Source: Antedon mediterranea | Lineage: Eukaryota; Animalia; Echinodermata | Assembly (NCBI RefSeq): GCF_964355755.1 | Contig: NC_092670.1 | Span: forward strand, 14,122,795-14,186,794 | Length of the DNA: 64,000 nucleotides | Direction of reading: 5' to 3' | Shown here: positions 50,481 through 63,400 of the stretch, in pieces | How the letters are laid out: the number at the start of each line of letters is the position of its first letter | Position numbering within the stretch: position 1 is the stretch's first letter | Made by a program: the position numbers and the translations under genes | The notes under the pieces: generated by a model | What the model saw: only the letters and a program-made list of their open reading frames with translations | Databases searched by the model: none | Told to the model about the DNA's origin: nothing

Positions 50481-51495
50481 CTCCCAATCATGAAACCATT
50501 AATCATCTCTACAAACTATTTATTTAATATACACTACTTACAATATTCTAGAGATACTAAAGTAGAAACAATTGTGTATCTCTTCCAACAGCTACAAGAC
50601 AAAAATATATTATTATTATAAATATCAATACAAATTGTGATCAAAACATCCACAATATTTGTAACAATGACAGGTGCGAAAGGGAACTGCGCTGACCTAC
50701 GTCACTACTACTAGGACTACTGGAGTAAGCCTAGACAACATGCTATTGTAAGAAGAACGAGTCATTGTTTCTTCTCTTTAAGAATTTATACAACTAAAAA
50801 TTAAGCTAGAGTTAATATAATATAAGCCAGGTGCAAAAGGGAACTAGCGCCGTTTAGTCCTACTAAAAACAGCAAGTATTCTTGTACAGGCTAGGCCTAG
50901 GTACACTATGAATGTAGCAGACATATTTGTTCGTATTTACCGGGACCGTATTTAACATACACATGGCCATACACGATTGTCGTGCTGCTACGAAAGCCAT
51001 CGGGCTGAAAAACGTCACGACGTTTGCCGGCCGTCTCTGAAAGTCTGACATCCTTCCCTATATCTATAGTAGGCTAGGGTATCGTTAGTAAGTAGCAATT
51101 ACAAAACAACTACAAATCAAACAATCCACATAATTTCTTACCTATTTCTTATAGTATATCAATTCTCAACAAACTTGAGTTTGTTATTTATTTATTTAAT
51201 CGTTGAAGTTCGACGATATAAAATGGTATTTGTAACAATTATCAGAGAGCGACTCTTAAAAACCAACATGGAGTTTACCAACGACATACCACAACACAAC
51301 ACGTTGTCGAATTTTCTCGAAATTCGGTTCACCTACAGTATGGCATGCAATCCTCGCCAAAATTACCAATATTTAACGAATAACGAAAATTAGTTTTCAC
51401 GTCAGACCTATTATATGTATTCTACGTGTATATTATTAGACGTTGCGTTTTCGCGGATAACCTAACTCGTCCGCAGTGACGAGTTCAAATCTAGT

Positions 51496-54400
51496 TTTTT
51501 TTCTCTTTTTTTTTCTATTTTCTTCTTTCTTTCCACGAATTTTGTTGCACGCATATCTCTAATTCTGGCCAACATAAGATTGTGTAACTTTGTCATAATA
51601 TTAACCTGTAGCGGTAGATGTGCAGGACGTTTCGTTTTTTGACTTTAGAGTCGCGCAGCGTAAGTTACGTGCGATTTTATGAATTTCAATGATTGATCAT
51701 AGAATAAAAACTAAAAGTAATTTTGTATTGAAACTTGGTAAAAATTTAAGTCATATCATGCGCTAACTTTCTATGGAGAGAAAATGGCATGTTTTACAGA
51801 AAGTTACGCGCGCACGTGCGTTTAAAATTTAAAAATGCGAAAAATCAATTTCTAATCAACTTTCTACGCGTTTCATGTCATTTTGAGCATTTAAAAAATT
51901 CCCAGGCGTGCGCACTTTTCTTACGCGCGCGTGCGCACGTAGCGCAAAAACATCTTTTTTTTGCTTGATTTTTGTTTTTCCAGCCTTTTCTAGTAATTTT
52001 ACCAATTTTCAATCAATTTCGACTTAAAATCACGTCATACGAGCACGTAGAATTGAACAATTTGCGCGCGTTTTTGATGAAAAAGTTAAAAAATTCGTGA
52101 AAATTATGCCTTTTTTTAAAAGGTCATAGATTCTAAACACCGTGGAGAACATTTTTAAAATTTCAGATTCTGGAAGTAGATGAGTTGTAGATATCAAATC
52201 ATGTACCGATATGGCTAACCGGACATTGTGACGTCATCGTATGGCCACTCGAATATAAAATATAGGATTTTTGTCTCTTTCGCATAACTCATCACATTTA
52301 ATAGAGCGCATCTCCACTTATCCGTATTCCATTTCCCTCCATTTTGTTATATTATCTAGGCCAATCAATTATCTTTCGCATAATCTACCATTTTTTAAAT
52401 TGTGATGACGTCATCATATCCAAAAGAGTCAATAACTTGGGTCCTTTATTTTCACTTATTCTGCTCTGTATGTAGTACGTATACAGTATATAGTATATAG
52501 TGTATACCGTATATACTCAGACGTGACACAAAATAGAGAGCGCACTAACATTTTTTTTCAATGGCATAATCGTTTTTATGCGCGCAATATTCTAGCGTAT
52601 GACGTGCACGTGGATTTTGCGCTGCGGATAACCTAACTCGTCCGTAGTGACGAGTTCAAATCTAGTTTTTCTATGTTATTCTTCTTTCTTTCCCTGAATT
52701 TTGTTGGCAGCGTATCTCTAATTCTGGCAAACAGAAGATTGTGTAACTTTTTCATAAGATTGACCTGTAGCTGTAGATGTGCAGGACGTTTCGTTTTTTG
52801 ACTTTAGAGTCGCGCAGCGTAAGTTACGCGCGATTTTGTGAATTTTGCGTATTTAACATAGATTGAAAACCAAAAAGCAATTTTAATTGAAACTTGGCAA
52901 AAGTGTAATTTATATCATGCGCTAACTTTCTATGGATTTAAAATGGCACATTTCCAAAAAGTTACGCGCGCACGCGCGTTTAAAATTTCAAAATGCGAAA
53001 ATTCAATTTCTAATCAACTTTCTACGCGTTTCAGGTCATTTTGAGCATTTTAAAAATTCCCACGCGTGCGCAATTTTTTTACGCGCGCGTGCGCACGTAG
53101 CGCAAAAACATTTTTTTTTTGCTTGATTTTTGTTTTTCCTGTCTTTTTTTAGTAAATTTACCAACTTTCAAACAATTTCGACTTAAAATCACGTCATACG
53201 AGCACGTAGAATTGAACAATTTGCGCGCGTTTTTGATGAAAAAGTTCAAAAATTCATAAAAATTATGCCTTTTTTAAAACAGTCATAGATTCTAAACTCC
53301 GAGGTGAAAATATTTAAAATTTCAGATTCTGGAAGTAGATGAGTTGTTTTTCTCGAATCATGCATTGATATGGCTAACCAGACATTGTGACGTCATCGTA
53401 TGGCCACCCGAATATAAAATATAGGATTTTTTTCTCTTTCGTCATAGCTCGTCAATTTAATAGAGCGCATCTCTACTTATCCTTATTCCATTTCACTCAA
53501 TTTGTTTATATTGTCTAGATCAATCAATTACCTTTCGCATGATCCACCATTTTAAAAATTGTGATGACGTCATCATGTTCAAATGCGTCAATAACTTTGG
53601 TCACTTATTTTCACCTATTCTGCACTGTATGTAGTACGTATACAGTATATAGTGTTATACCGTATATACTTAGACGCGACGCAACATAGAGAGCGCACTA
53701 ACATTTTTCAATGCCATAATCGTTTTATTTTTTTGCGCGCACTATTCTAACGTATGACGTGCACGCGGCTTTTGCACTGCGGATAACCTAACTCGTCCGT
53801 AGTGACGAGTTCAAATCTAGTTGGTTATCCGCACTTGGCGGATAACCCCTTGTTATTGTCAGGATCTTTTTTTTTTTTTTTTTTTTTTTTTTTCTTTATT
53901 CTTCTTTCTTTCCACGATTTTTGTTCGCAGCGTATCTCTAATTCTAGCTAACATCAGATTCTATAACTTTGTCATAAGATTGCCCTGTTGCTGTAGATGT
54001 GCAAGAAACTTTTTTTTATGAATTTCGAGTCGCGCAGCGTAAGTTACGCGCGATTTTATGAATTTCAATGATTGATCATAAATTAAAAACCAAAAGTCAT
54101 TTTATATTGAAACTTGGTGAAAATTTAAGTTATATCATGCGCAAACTTTCTATGGATTAAAAATGGCATGTTTCTAATAAAGTAACGCGCGCACGCGCGT
54201 TTAAAATTTCAAAATGCGCAAAATTGATTTCTAATCAACTTTCTACGCGTTTCATGTCATTTTGAGCATTTCAAAAATTCCCACGCGTGCGCAATATTTT
54301 TACGCGCGCGTGCGCACGTAGCGCAAAAACATCTTTTTTTTGGTAGATTTTTGTTTTTTCAGCCTTCTTTAGTAATTTTACCAACTTTCAATCAATTTCG

Positions 54401-57400
54401 ACTTAAAATCACGTCACACGAGCACGTAGAATTGGATAATTTGCGCGTGTTTTTGATGAAAAACTTCAAAAAATCGTCAAAATTAGACCTTTTTTTAAAC
54501 AGTCATAAATTCTAAACTACGTGGTGAACTTTTTTAAAATTACATATTCTGGAAGTAGATGAGTTGTTTTTCTCGAATCATGCATTGATATGGCTAACTG
54601 GACATTGTGACGTCATCGTATGGCCACCCGAATAAAAAATATAGGATTTTTTTCTCTTTCGTCATAGCTCGTCAATTTATTAGAGCGCATCTCTACTTAT
54701 CCTTATTCCATTTCACTCAATTTTTTTATATTGTCTAGATCAATCAATTATCTTTCGCATGATTCACCATTTTTAAAGTTGTGATGACGTCATCATGTTC
54801 AAATGCGTCAATAACTTTGGTCACTTATTTTCACCTATTCTGCACTGTATGTAGTACGTATACAGTATATAGTGTATACCGTACACACTTAGACGCGACA
54901 CAAAATAGAGGGCTCACTAACATTTTTTCAATGGCATAATCGTTTTTCTGCGCGCAATATTCTAACTTAGGTGTCATGCGCATGGGTTTTGCGATGCGGA
55001 TAACCTAACTCGTCCGTAGTGACGAGTTCAAATCTAGTTGGTTATCCGCACTTGGCGGATAACCCCTTGTTATTGTCAGGATCTTTTTTTTTCTTTTTTT
55101 TTTTCTATCTTATTCTTCTTTCTTTCCCGGAATTTTGTTCGCAGCGTATCTCTAATTCTGGCCAATATAAGATTGTGTAACTTTGTCATAAGATTGACCT
55201 CTAGATGTAGATGTGCAGGACGTTTCGTTTTTTAACTTTAGAGTCGCGCAGCGTAAGTTACGCGCGATTTTATGAATTTCAATGATTGATCATAGCTTAG
55301 AAATCAAAAGTCATTTTGTAATGAAACTTGGTGAAAATTTAAGTCATATCAAGCGCAAACTTTCTATGGATTAAAAATGGCATGTTTGACAAAAAGTTAC
55401 GCGTGCACGCGCGTTTAAAATTTCAAAATGCGAAAAATCAATTTCTAATCAACTTTCTACGCGTTTCATGTCATTTTGAGCATTTCAAAAATTCCCACGC
55501 GTGCGCAATTTTTTTACGCGCACGTGCGCACTTATAGCAAAAACATCCTTTTTTTGCTTGATTTTTGTTTTTTCAGCCTTTTCTAGTAATTTTACCAATT
55601 TTTATACAATTTCGACTTAATATCACGTCATACGAGCACGTAGAATTGAACAATTTGCGCGCATTTTTGATGAAAAACTTCAAAAAATCGTCAAAATTAG
55701 ACCTTTTTTTAAACAGTCATACATTCTAAACTACGTGGTGAACTTTTTTAAAATTACATATTCTGGAAGTAGATGAGTTGTTTTTCTCGAATCATGCATT
55801 GATATGGCTAACCGGACATTGTGACGTCATCGTATGGCCACCCGAATATAAAATATAGGATTTTTTTCTCTTTCGTCATAGCTCGTCAATTTAAATAGAG
55901 CGCATCTCTACTTATCCTTATTCCATTTCACTCAATTTTTTTATATTGTCTAGATCAATCAATTATCTTTCACATGATCCACCATTTTAAAAATTGTGAT
56001 GACGTCATCATGTTCAAATGCGTCAATAACTTTGGTTACTTATTTTCACCTATTCTGCACTGTATGTAGTACGTATACAGTATATAGTGTTATACCGTAT
56101 ATACTTAGACGCGACGCAAAATAGAGAGCGCACTAACATTTTTCAATGCCATAATCGTTTTTTTTTTTGCGCTCAATATTCTAACGTATGACGTGCACGT
56201 GGCTTTTGCGCTGCGGATAACCTAACTCGTCCGTAGTGACGAGTTCAAATCTAGTTGGTTATCCGCACTTGGCGGATAACCTCTTGTTATTGTCAGGATC
56301 TTTTTTTTATTTTTCTCTTTTTTTTTCTATTTTCTTCTTTCTTTCCACGAATTTTGTTGGTCGCATATCTCAAATTCTGGCCAACATAAGATTGTATAAC
56401 TTTGTCATAAGATTGACTTGTAGCTGTAGATGTGCAAGAAACTTTTTTTTTCAAATTTCGAGTTGCGCAGCGTAAGTTACACGCGATTTTGTGAATTTCA
56501 ATGATTGATCATAGAATAAAAACTAAAAGTTGTTTTGTATTGAAACTTGGTGAACATTTAAGTCACATAATGCGCAAACTTTCTATGGATTAAAAATGGC
56601 ATGTTTCACAAAAAGTTACGCGCGCACGCGAGTTTAAAATTTCAAAATGCGAAAAATCAATTTCTAATCAACTTTCTTCGCGTTTCATGTCATTTTGAGC
56701 ATTTCAAAAATTCCCACGCGTGCGCAATTTTTTTACGCGCGCGTGCGCACGTAGCAAAAAAACATCATTTTTTTGCTTGATTTTTGTTTTTCCTGTCTTT
56801 TTTAGTAAATTTACCAACTTTCAAACAATTTCGACTTAAAATCACGTCATACGAGCACGTAGAATTAAACAATTTACGCGCATTTTTGATGAAAAAGTTC
56901 AAACATTTGTCAAAATTATGCCTTTTTTTAAACAGTCATAAATTCTAAACTACGTGGTGAACTTTTTTAAAATTACATATTCTGAATGTAGATGAGTTGT
57001 AGATATAGAATCATGCATCGATTTGGGTAACCGGACATTGTGACGTCATCGTATGGCCACACGAATGTCAAATATAGGATTTTTGTCTCTTTCGTCATAG
57101 CTCATCACATTTAATAGAGCGCATCTCCACTTATCCGTATTCCATTTTCCCCCATTTGTTTATTTTGTCTAGGTCAATCAATTATCTTTCGCACGATTTA
57201 CCATTTTTAAAATTGTTATGACGTCATCATGTTCAAAAGCGTCAATAACTTTGGTCACTTCTTTTCACCTATTCTGCACTGTATGTAGTACGTATACAGT
57301 ATATAAGTGTATACCGTATATACTCAGACGTGACGCAAAATAGAGGGCGCACTAACATTTTTTTCAATGGCATAATCGTTTTTCTGCGCGAAATATTGTA

Positions 57401-60400
57401 ACGTATGACGTGCACGTGGCTTTTGCGCTGCGGATAACCTAACTCGTCCGTAGTGACGAGTTCAAATCTAGTTGGTTATCCGCACTTGGCGGATAACCCC
57501 TTGTTATTGTCAGGATCTTTTTTTTTTTCTTTTTTTTTTTCTATGTTCTTCTTTCTTTCCACGATTTTTGTTCGCAGCGTATCTCTAATTCTGGCCAACA
57601 TAGGATTGTATAACTTTGACAAAAGATTGCTCTGTAGCTGTAGATGTGCAAGAAACTTTTTTTTTTCAATTTCGAGTCGCACAGCGTAAGTTACGCGCGA
57701 TTTTATGAATTTCAATGATTGATCATAGATTAAAAACCAAAAGTCATTTTCTATTGAAACTTGGTGAAAATTTAAGTTATATTATGCGCAAACTTTCTAT
57801 GGATTAAAAATGGCATGTTTCACATAAAGTGACGCGCGCACGCGCATTCAAAATTTCAAAATGCGCAAAATTCATTTCTAATCAATTTTCTACGCGTTTC
57901 ATGTCATTTTGAGCATTTCAAAAATTCCCAAGGGTGCGCAATATTTTTACGCGCGCGTGCGCACATAGCGCAAAAACATCATTTTTTTGCTTGATTTTTG
58001 TTTTTTCAGCCTTCTCTAGTAATTTTATCAATTTTCAATCAATTTTTACTTAAAATCACGTCACACGAGCACGTAGAATTGGATAATTTGCACGCGTTTT
58101 TGATGAAAAACTTCAAAAATTTGTCAAAATTTTACCTTTTTTTGAACAGTCATAAATTCTAAACTACGTGGTGTACTTTTTTGAAATTACATATTCTGGA
58201 AGTAGATGGGTTGTATTTCTTGAATCATGCATTGATATGGCTAACCGGACATTGTAACGTCATCGTATGGCCACCCGAATACAAAATATAGGATTTTTTT
58301 CTCTTTCATCATAGCTCGTCAAATTTAATAGAGCGCATCTCTACTTATCCGTATTCCATTCCCACCATTTCTTTATTTTGTCCAGGTCAATCAATTATCT
58401 TTCACATGATTTACGATTTTTAAAATTGTGATGACGTCATCATGGTCAAAAGCGTCATTAACTTTGGTCACTTATTTTCACCTATTCTGAACTGTATGTA
58501 GTACGTATACAGTATAGTGTATACCATTATATACTTTTACGTGACGCAAAATAGAGAGCGCACTAACATTTTTTCAATGGCATAATCGTTTTTTGGCGCG
58601 CAATATTCTAACGTATGACGTGCACGTGGCTTTTGCGCTGCGGATAACCTAACTCGTCCGTAGTGACGAGTTCAAATCTAGTATTTATTTCTTTCTTTAT
58701 ACACTTCTCTCCCATTTTTTGTTGGCAGCGTATCTCTAATTCTGGCCAACATATGATTGTATAAATTTGTCAAAAGATTGCCCTGTAGCTGTAGATGTGC
58801 AAGAAACTTTTTTTTATGAATTTTGAGTTGCGCAGCGTAAGTTACGCGCGATTTTATGAATTTCAATGATTGATCATAGAATAAAAACTATATATCATTT
58901 TGTATTGAAACTTGGTGAAAATTTAAGTCATATTATGCGCTAACTTTCTATGGAGAGAAAATGGCATGTTTTAGAGAAAGTTACGCGCGCACGCGCGTTT
59001 AAAATTTCAAAATGCGAAAAATCAATTTCTAATCAACTTTCTACGCGTTTCATGTCATTTTGAGCATTTCAAAAATTCCCACGCGTGCGCAATTTTTTTA
59101 CGCGCGCGTGCGCATGTAGCGCAAAAACATCATTTTTTTGCTTGATTTTTGTTTTTCCTGTCTTTTTTAGTAAATTTACCAACTTTCAAACAATTTCGAC
59201 TTAAAATCACGTCATACGAGCACGTAGAATTGCACAATTTGCGCGCATTTTTGATGAAAAAGTTCAAAATTTTGTCAAAATTATGCCTTTTTTTAAACAG
59301 TCATAGATTCTAAACTACGTGGTGAACTTTTTTAAAATTACATATTCTGAATGTAGATGAGCTGTAGATATAGAATCATGCATCGATTTGGCTAATCGGA
59401 CATTGTGACGTCATCGTATGGCCACTCGAATATAAAATATAGGATTGTTGTCTCTTTCGTCTTAGCTCGCCACATTTAATAGAGCTCATCTCTATTTATC
59501 CGTATTCTATTTCCTCCTATTTTTATATAATGTCTAGGTCAATTAATTATCTTTCGCATGATTCACCATTTTTAAATTTGTGATGACGTCATCATGTTCA
59601 AAAGCGTCAATAACTTTGGTCACTTATTTTCACCTATTCTGAACTGTATATAGTACGTATAAAGAATATACTGTATATACTGTAACGGCATTTGGTATAG
59701 CCCAAATCATTTATTTCCTACCTACTGCTATAATGTAGCAGGCCAAATAAGACTAAGTACTGATTGGCTATTTGTGATAAACAAATAGGTCCAGGGATCT
59801 ATAGTATAGTATAGTAGTCATAATAATCTTTTTCTGTGTGCAATATTCTAACGTATGACGTGCACGTGGCTTTTGGGCTGCGGATAACCTAACTCGTCCG
59901 TAGTGACGAGTTCAAATCTAGTTGGTTATCCGCACTTGGCGGATAACCTCTTGTTATTGTCAGGATCTTTTTTTTTTTTTTTCTATGTTATTCTTCTTTC
60001 TTTCCCAAAATTTTGTGTCACGTGTATCTCAAATTCTGATCAACATTACATCGTATAACTTTGTCAGAAGATTTACCTCTATCTGTAGAAGTGCAGGACA
60101 GCTCGTTTTTTTACTTTAGAGTCGCGCAGCGTAAGCTACGCGCGATTTTATGAATTTCGCGTATTTAACATATACTAAAAAGCAAAAGTCATTTTGTAAT
60201 GACACTTGGTGAACATTTAAGTCATATCAAGGGCAAACTTTCTATGGATTAAAAATGGCATGTTTGACATAAAGTAACGCGCGCACGCGCGTTTAAAATT
60301 TCAAATTGCGAAAAATCCATTTCTAATCAACTTTCTACGCGTTTCAGGTCATTTTGAGCATTTCAAAAATTCCCACGCGTGCGCATTTTTTTTACGCGCG

Positions 60401-63400
60401 CGTGCGCACGTAACGCAAAAACATCTTTTTTTTGCTTGATTTTTGTTTTTTCAGCCTTTTCTAGTAAATTTACCAATTTTCAATCAATTTTGACTTAAAA
60501 TCACGTCATACGAGCACGTAGAATTAAACAATTTGCGCGCATTTTTTAAGAAAAAGTTCCAAAATTCGTCAAAATTATGCCTTTTTTAAAACAGTCATAG
60601 ATTGTAAACTACGAGGAGAACTTTTTTAAAATTACACATTCTGGAAGATAATGAGTTGTAGATATCGAATCATGCATCGATATGGCTAACCGGACATTGT
60701 GACGTCATCGTTTGGCCACTCGAATATGAAATATAGGATTTTTGTCTCTTTCGTCATAGCTCGTCACATTTAATAGAGCGCATCTCCACTTATCCGTATT
60801 CCATTTCCCTCAATTTTTTTATTTTGTCTAGGTCAATCAATTATCTTTCGCATGATTTACCATTTTTTAAATTGTGATGACGTCATCATGTCCAAAAGCG
60901 TCAATAACTTGGGCCACTTATTTTCACATATTCTTCACTGTATGTAGTACGTATACAATATATAGTGTATACTGTGTATACTTAGACGTGACGTAAAATA
61001 GAGAGCGCACTAACATTTTTTCAATGGCATAATGTTTTTCTCTGCGCAATATTCTAACGTATGACGTGCACGTGGCTTTTGCTCTGCGGATAACCTAACT
61101 CGTCCGTAGTGACGAGTTCAAATCTAGTATTTATTTCTTTCTTTCCACACTTCTCTCCCATTTTTTGTGGGCAGCGTATCTCTAATTCTAGCCAACAGAA
61201 GATTGTATAACTTTGTCAAAAGATTACCCTATATCTGTAGATGTGCAAGAAACTTTTTTTTTCAAATTTCGAGTTGCGCAGCGTAAGTTACGCGCGATTT
61301 TATGAATTTCAATTATTGATCATAGATTAAAAACCAAAAGTCATTTGGTATTGAAACTTGGTGAAAATTTAAGTCATATAAAGCGCAAACTTTCTGTAGA
61401 TTAAAAATGGCAGGTTGCAAAAAAAGTTACGCGCGCACGCGCGTTTAAAATTTCAAATTGCGAAAATTCAATTTCTAATCAACTTTCTACGCGTTTCAGG
61501 TCATTTTGAGCATTTCAAAAATTCCTACGCGTGCGCAATTTTTTTACGCGCGCGTGCGCACGTAGCGCAAAAACATCTTTTTTTTGCTTGATTTTTGTTT
61601 TTCCTGTCTTTTTTTAGTAAATTTACCAACTTTCAAACAATTTCGACTTAAAATCACGTCATACGAGCACGTAGAATTAAACAATTTGCGCGCGTTTTTG
61701 ATGAAAATGTTCAAAAATTCATGAAAATTATGCCTTTTTTAAAACAGTCATAGATTGTAAACTACGAGGTGAACTTTTTTTAAATTAAACATTCTGGAAG
61801 TTGATGAGTTGTAGATATCGAATCATGCATCGATATGGCTAACAGGACATAGTGACGTCATCGTATGGCCACTCAAATATAAAATATAGGATTTTTGTAT
61901 CTTTCGTCATAGCTCATCACATTTAATAGAGCGCATCTCCACTTATCCTAATTCCATTTCCCTCCATTTTTTTATATTGTCTATGCCAATCAATTATCTT
62001 TCGCATGATATACCGTTTTTAAAATTGTGATGACGTCATCATGTCCAAAAGCGTCAATAACTTGGGCCACTTATTTTCACATATTCTTCACTGTATGTAG
62101 TACGTATACAATATATAGTGTATACTGTGTATACTTAGACGTGACGTAAAATAGAGAGCGCACTAACATTTTTTCAATGGCGTAATGGTTTTCTCTGCGC
62201 AATATTCTAACTTCTAACGTATGACGTGCACGTGGCGTTTGCTCTTTTTTTTTTTTGGTTATCCGCACTTGGCGGATAACCTCTTGTTATTGTCACGATC
62301 TTTTTTTTTCTTTTTTTTTTTTTTCTATCTTATTCTTCTTTCTTTCCCGGAATTTTGTTCGCAGCGTATCTCTAATTCTGGCCAATATAAGATTGTGTAA
62401 CTTTGTCATAAGATTGACCTCTAGCTGTAGATGTGCAGGACGTTTCGTTTTTTAACTTTAGAGTCGCGCAGCGTAAGTTACGCGCGATTTTATGAATTTC
62501 AATGATTGATCATAGATTAGAAATCAAAAGTCATTTTGTAATGAAACTTGGTGAAAATTTAAGTCATATCAAGCGCAAACTTTCTATGGATTAAAAATGG
62601 CATGTTTTACAAAAAGTTACGCGTGCACGCGCGTTTAAAATTTCAAAATGCGAAAAATCAATTTCTAATCAACTTTCTACGCGTTTCATGTCATTTTGAG
62701 CATTTGAAAAATTCCCACGCGTGCGCAATTTTTTTACGCGCGCGTGCGCACGTAGCGCAAAAACATATTTTTTTTGCTTGATTTTTGTTTTTTCAGCCTT
62801 TTATAGTAAATTTACCAATTTTCAATCAATTTCGACTTAAAATCACGTCATACGAGCATGTAGAATTAAACAATTTGCGCGCAATTTTGATGAAAAAGTT
62901 CAAAAATTTGTGAAAATTATGCCTTTTTTTAAACAGTCATAGATTCTAAAAACTAAGTGGTAAACTTTTTTATAATTACATATTCTGGTAGTAGATGAGT
63001 TGTAGATATCGAATCATGTATCAATATGGCTATCAGGACATTGTGACGTCATCGTATGGCCACTCGAATATAAAATATAGGATTTTTTTCTCTTTCGTAT
63101 AGCTCATCACATTTAATAGAGCGCATCTCCACTTATCCGTATTCCATTGCCCTCCATTTCTTTATATTGCCTATGTCAATCAATTATCTTTCGCATGATT
63201 CACCATTTTAAAAATTGTTATGACGTCATCATGTGCAAAAGCCTCAATAACTTTGGTCACTTATTTTCACCTATTCTGAACTGTATGTAGTACGTATACG
63301 GTATATAGTGTATACCGTATACACTTTGACGTGACACAAAATAGAGAGCGCACTCACATTTTTTCAATGGCATAATCGTTTTTCTGCGCGCAATATTCCA

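Larger units (their letters stand above)
30557..51495 (-). mobile_element. Full-length autonomous Helentron (~21 kb); strand given is that of the ORF
   Basis: Left terminus GGTTATCCGC-ACTTG-GCGGATAACC hairpin at 30558. Right terminus GCGGATAACC (51453-51462), then AACTCGTC-cgcagt-GACGAGTT hairpin (51464-51485), then CAAATCTAG(T). Flanked by T runs with no TSD. No other family terminus was seen between these ends, and it contains the RepHel-EN ORF. Confidence 0.85.
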
